The notes under the pieces are model-generated. The model was not told where the DNA came from. It ran no database searches and saw nothing but the letters and a program-made list of their open reading frames with translations. A DNA stretch of 46,534 nt from Patescibacteria group bacterium (GTDB lineage Bacteria > Patescibacteriota > Doudnabacteria > UBA920): assembly GCA_038065175.1 (NCBI GenBank), contig JBBTRN010000018.1:1445-47978 (forward strand). Reading direction: 5' to 3'. Below are positions 45,920-46,534 of this stretch, piece after piece. Made by a program: the position numbers and the translations under genes. How positions within the stretch are numbered: the stretch's first letter is position 1; each line of letters begins with the position of its first letter.

Positions 45920-45989
45920 TCATCCATTCGTATATTGGTAAAGAATCGGTAATCTGTAGATAACCCGCGGGAATAAGCGGTATTTTGTA

Positions 45990-46018
45990 TTGACAAAATT
46001 AGGAAAATGCTGTATAAT
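45990..46018 (+). promoter_or_regulatory. consensus sigma70 promoter
   Basis: TTGACA-17 nt-TATAAT. Confidence 0.8.
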
Positions 46019-46165
46019 TTTTAGTCCCTGAAAAATGGGGCTATTTTTTGCATCTTTAACAATATAATAGGAGGATACAATAGGAGAAGGAAACCCTGTA
46101 CTACTCGCTTCCGCTTGAGTGCAGGGTAAGATGCTCGTTATTTTGGGCAGATTGGTTATTTACAC

Positions 46166-46248
46166 TTGTCATTGCGAGGAGTCCCGACTTGTTGGGACGA
46201 CGCGGCAATCTAGAGTATAGATTGCTTCGGATGCACTCGCAATGACAA
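46166..46248. repeat. palindromic element, same family as the rsmI insert
   Basis: TTGTCATTGCGAG...GCAATCTA...TAGATTGC...CTCGCAATGACAA. Confidence 0.85.
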
Positions 46249-46316
46249 AAGTATCCAGCCTGCCCAGAGTAACGGGCATGATTATAGCCGGGCAGCCCCC
46301 GGCAAGGAGGGACGCC

Positions 46317-46534
46317 ATGTCCCGCATGACGAGCGTTCTGATAATTTTTTCGCTGGCCTTGGCCAGCGCGCTTTTGGCCCAGCCTACGCCCCAACCTCCA
46401 TCGATGGTGGGAGGCATGGGACAAACTATTGCAGTTCCACTCCACCCCTTTGCCGCCCCTCGATTGCAGGGGGCGGATACTGCCCATGAGCCTCGTTGTC
46501 CACTCGGAGAAACGGGCGTGTCAATGGTCATGTA
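46317..46534 (+). CDS. secreted protein, partial (runs off the window)
   Basis: SD AAGGAGG; MSRMTSVLIIFSLALASALLA|QPTP signal peptide; frame open to the window end. Confidence 0.65.
   Translation, partial: MSRMTSVLIIFSLALASALLAQPTPQPPSMVGGMGQTIAVPLHPFAAPRLQGADTAHEPRCPLGETGVSMVM

Overview
This window is chromosomal DNA from around the replication origin of a small-genome bacterium. The lineage is inferred to be Patescibacteria/CPR from the gene repertoire, the near absence of Shine-Dalgarno (SD) motifs on core genes and several apparently leaderless genes. Core loci are jag-yidC-yidD-rnpA-rpmH <> dnaA-oriC-dnaN-recF-dciA, rpsA, gyrA (one in-frame TAA), rsmI-yebC-ruvC, tyrS, a class A PBP, an O-antigen ligase, ruvB, a vanW-like gene, tsaE, a PilB/GspE ATPase and a tRNA-Ile with a UAU anticodon. 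Accessory content includes an arginine decarboxylase, folate salvage genes, three TrmB-type regulators, a B12 radical SAM enzyme, three PIN toxin-antitoxin loci and a pterin dehydratase-phenylalanine hydroxylase fusion under a Tyr-codon attenuator. Two unexplained structures stand out. (1) Inverted arrays of degenerate 7-9-mers fill stop-to-start gaps between co-directional genes and are either empty or enclose a four-helix-bundle or GxxExxY gene. (2) A family of CCC...GGG-ended elements with 5-6 bp flanking repeats sits at start codons and -35 boxes, and one carries a GIY-YIG gene. All calls come from reading the sequence by eye; no database search was run.
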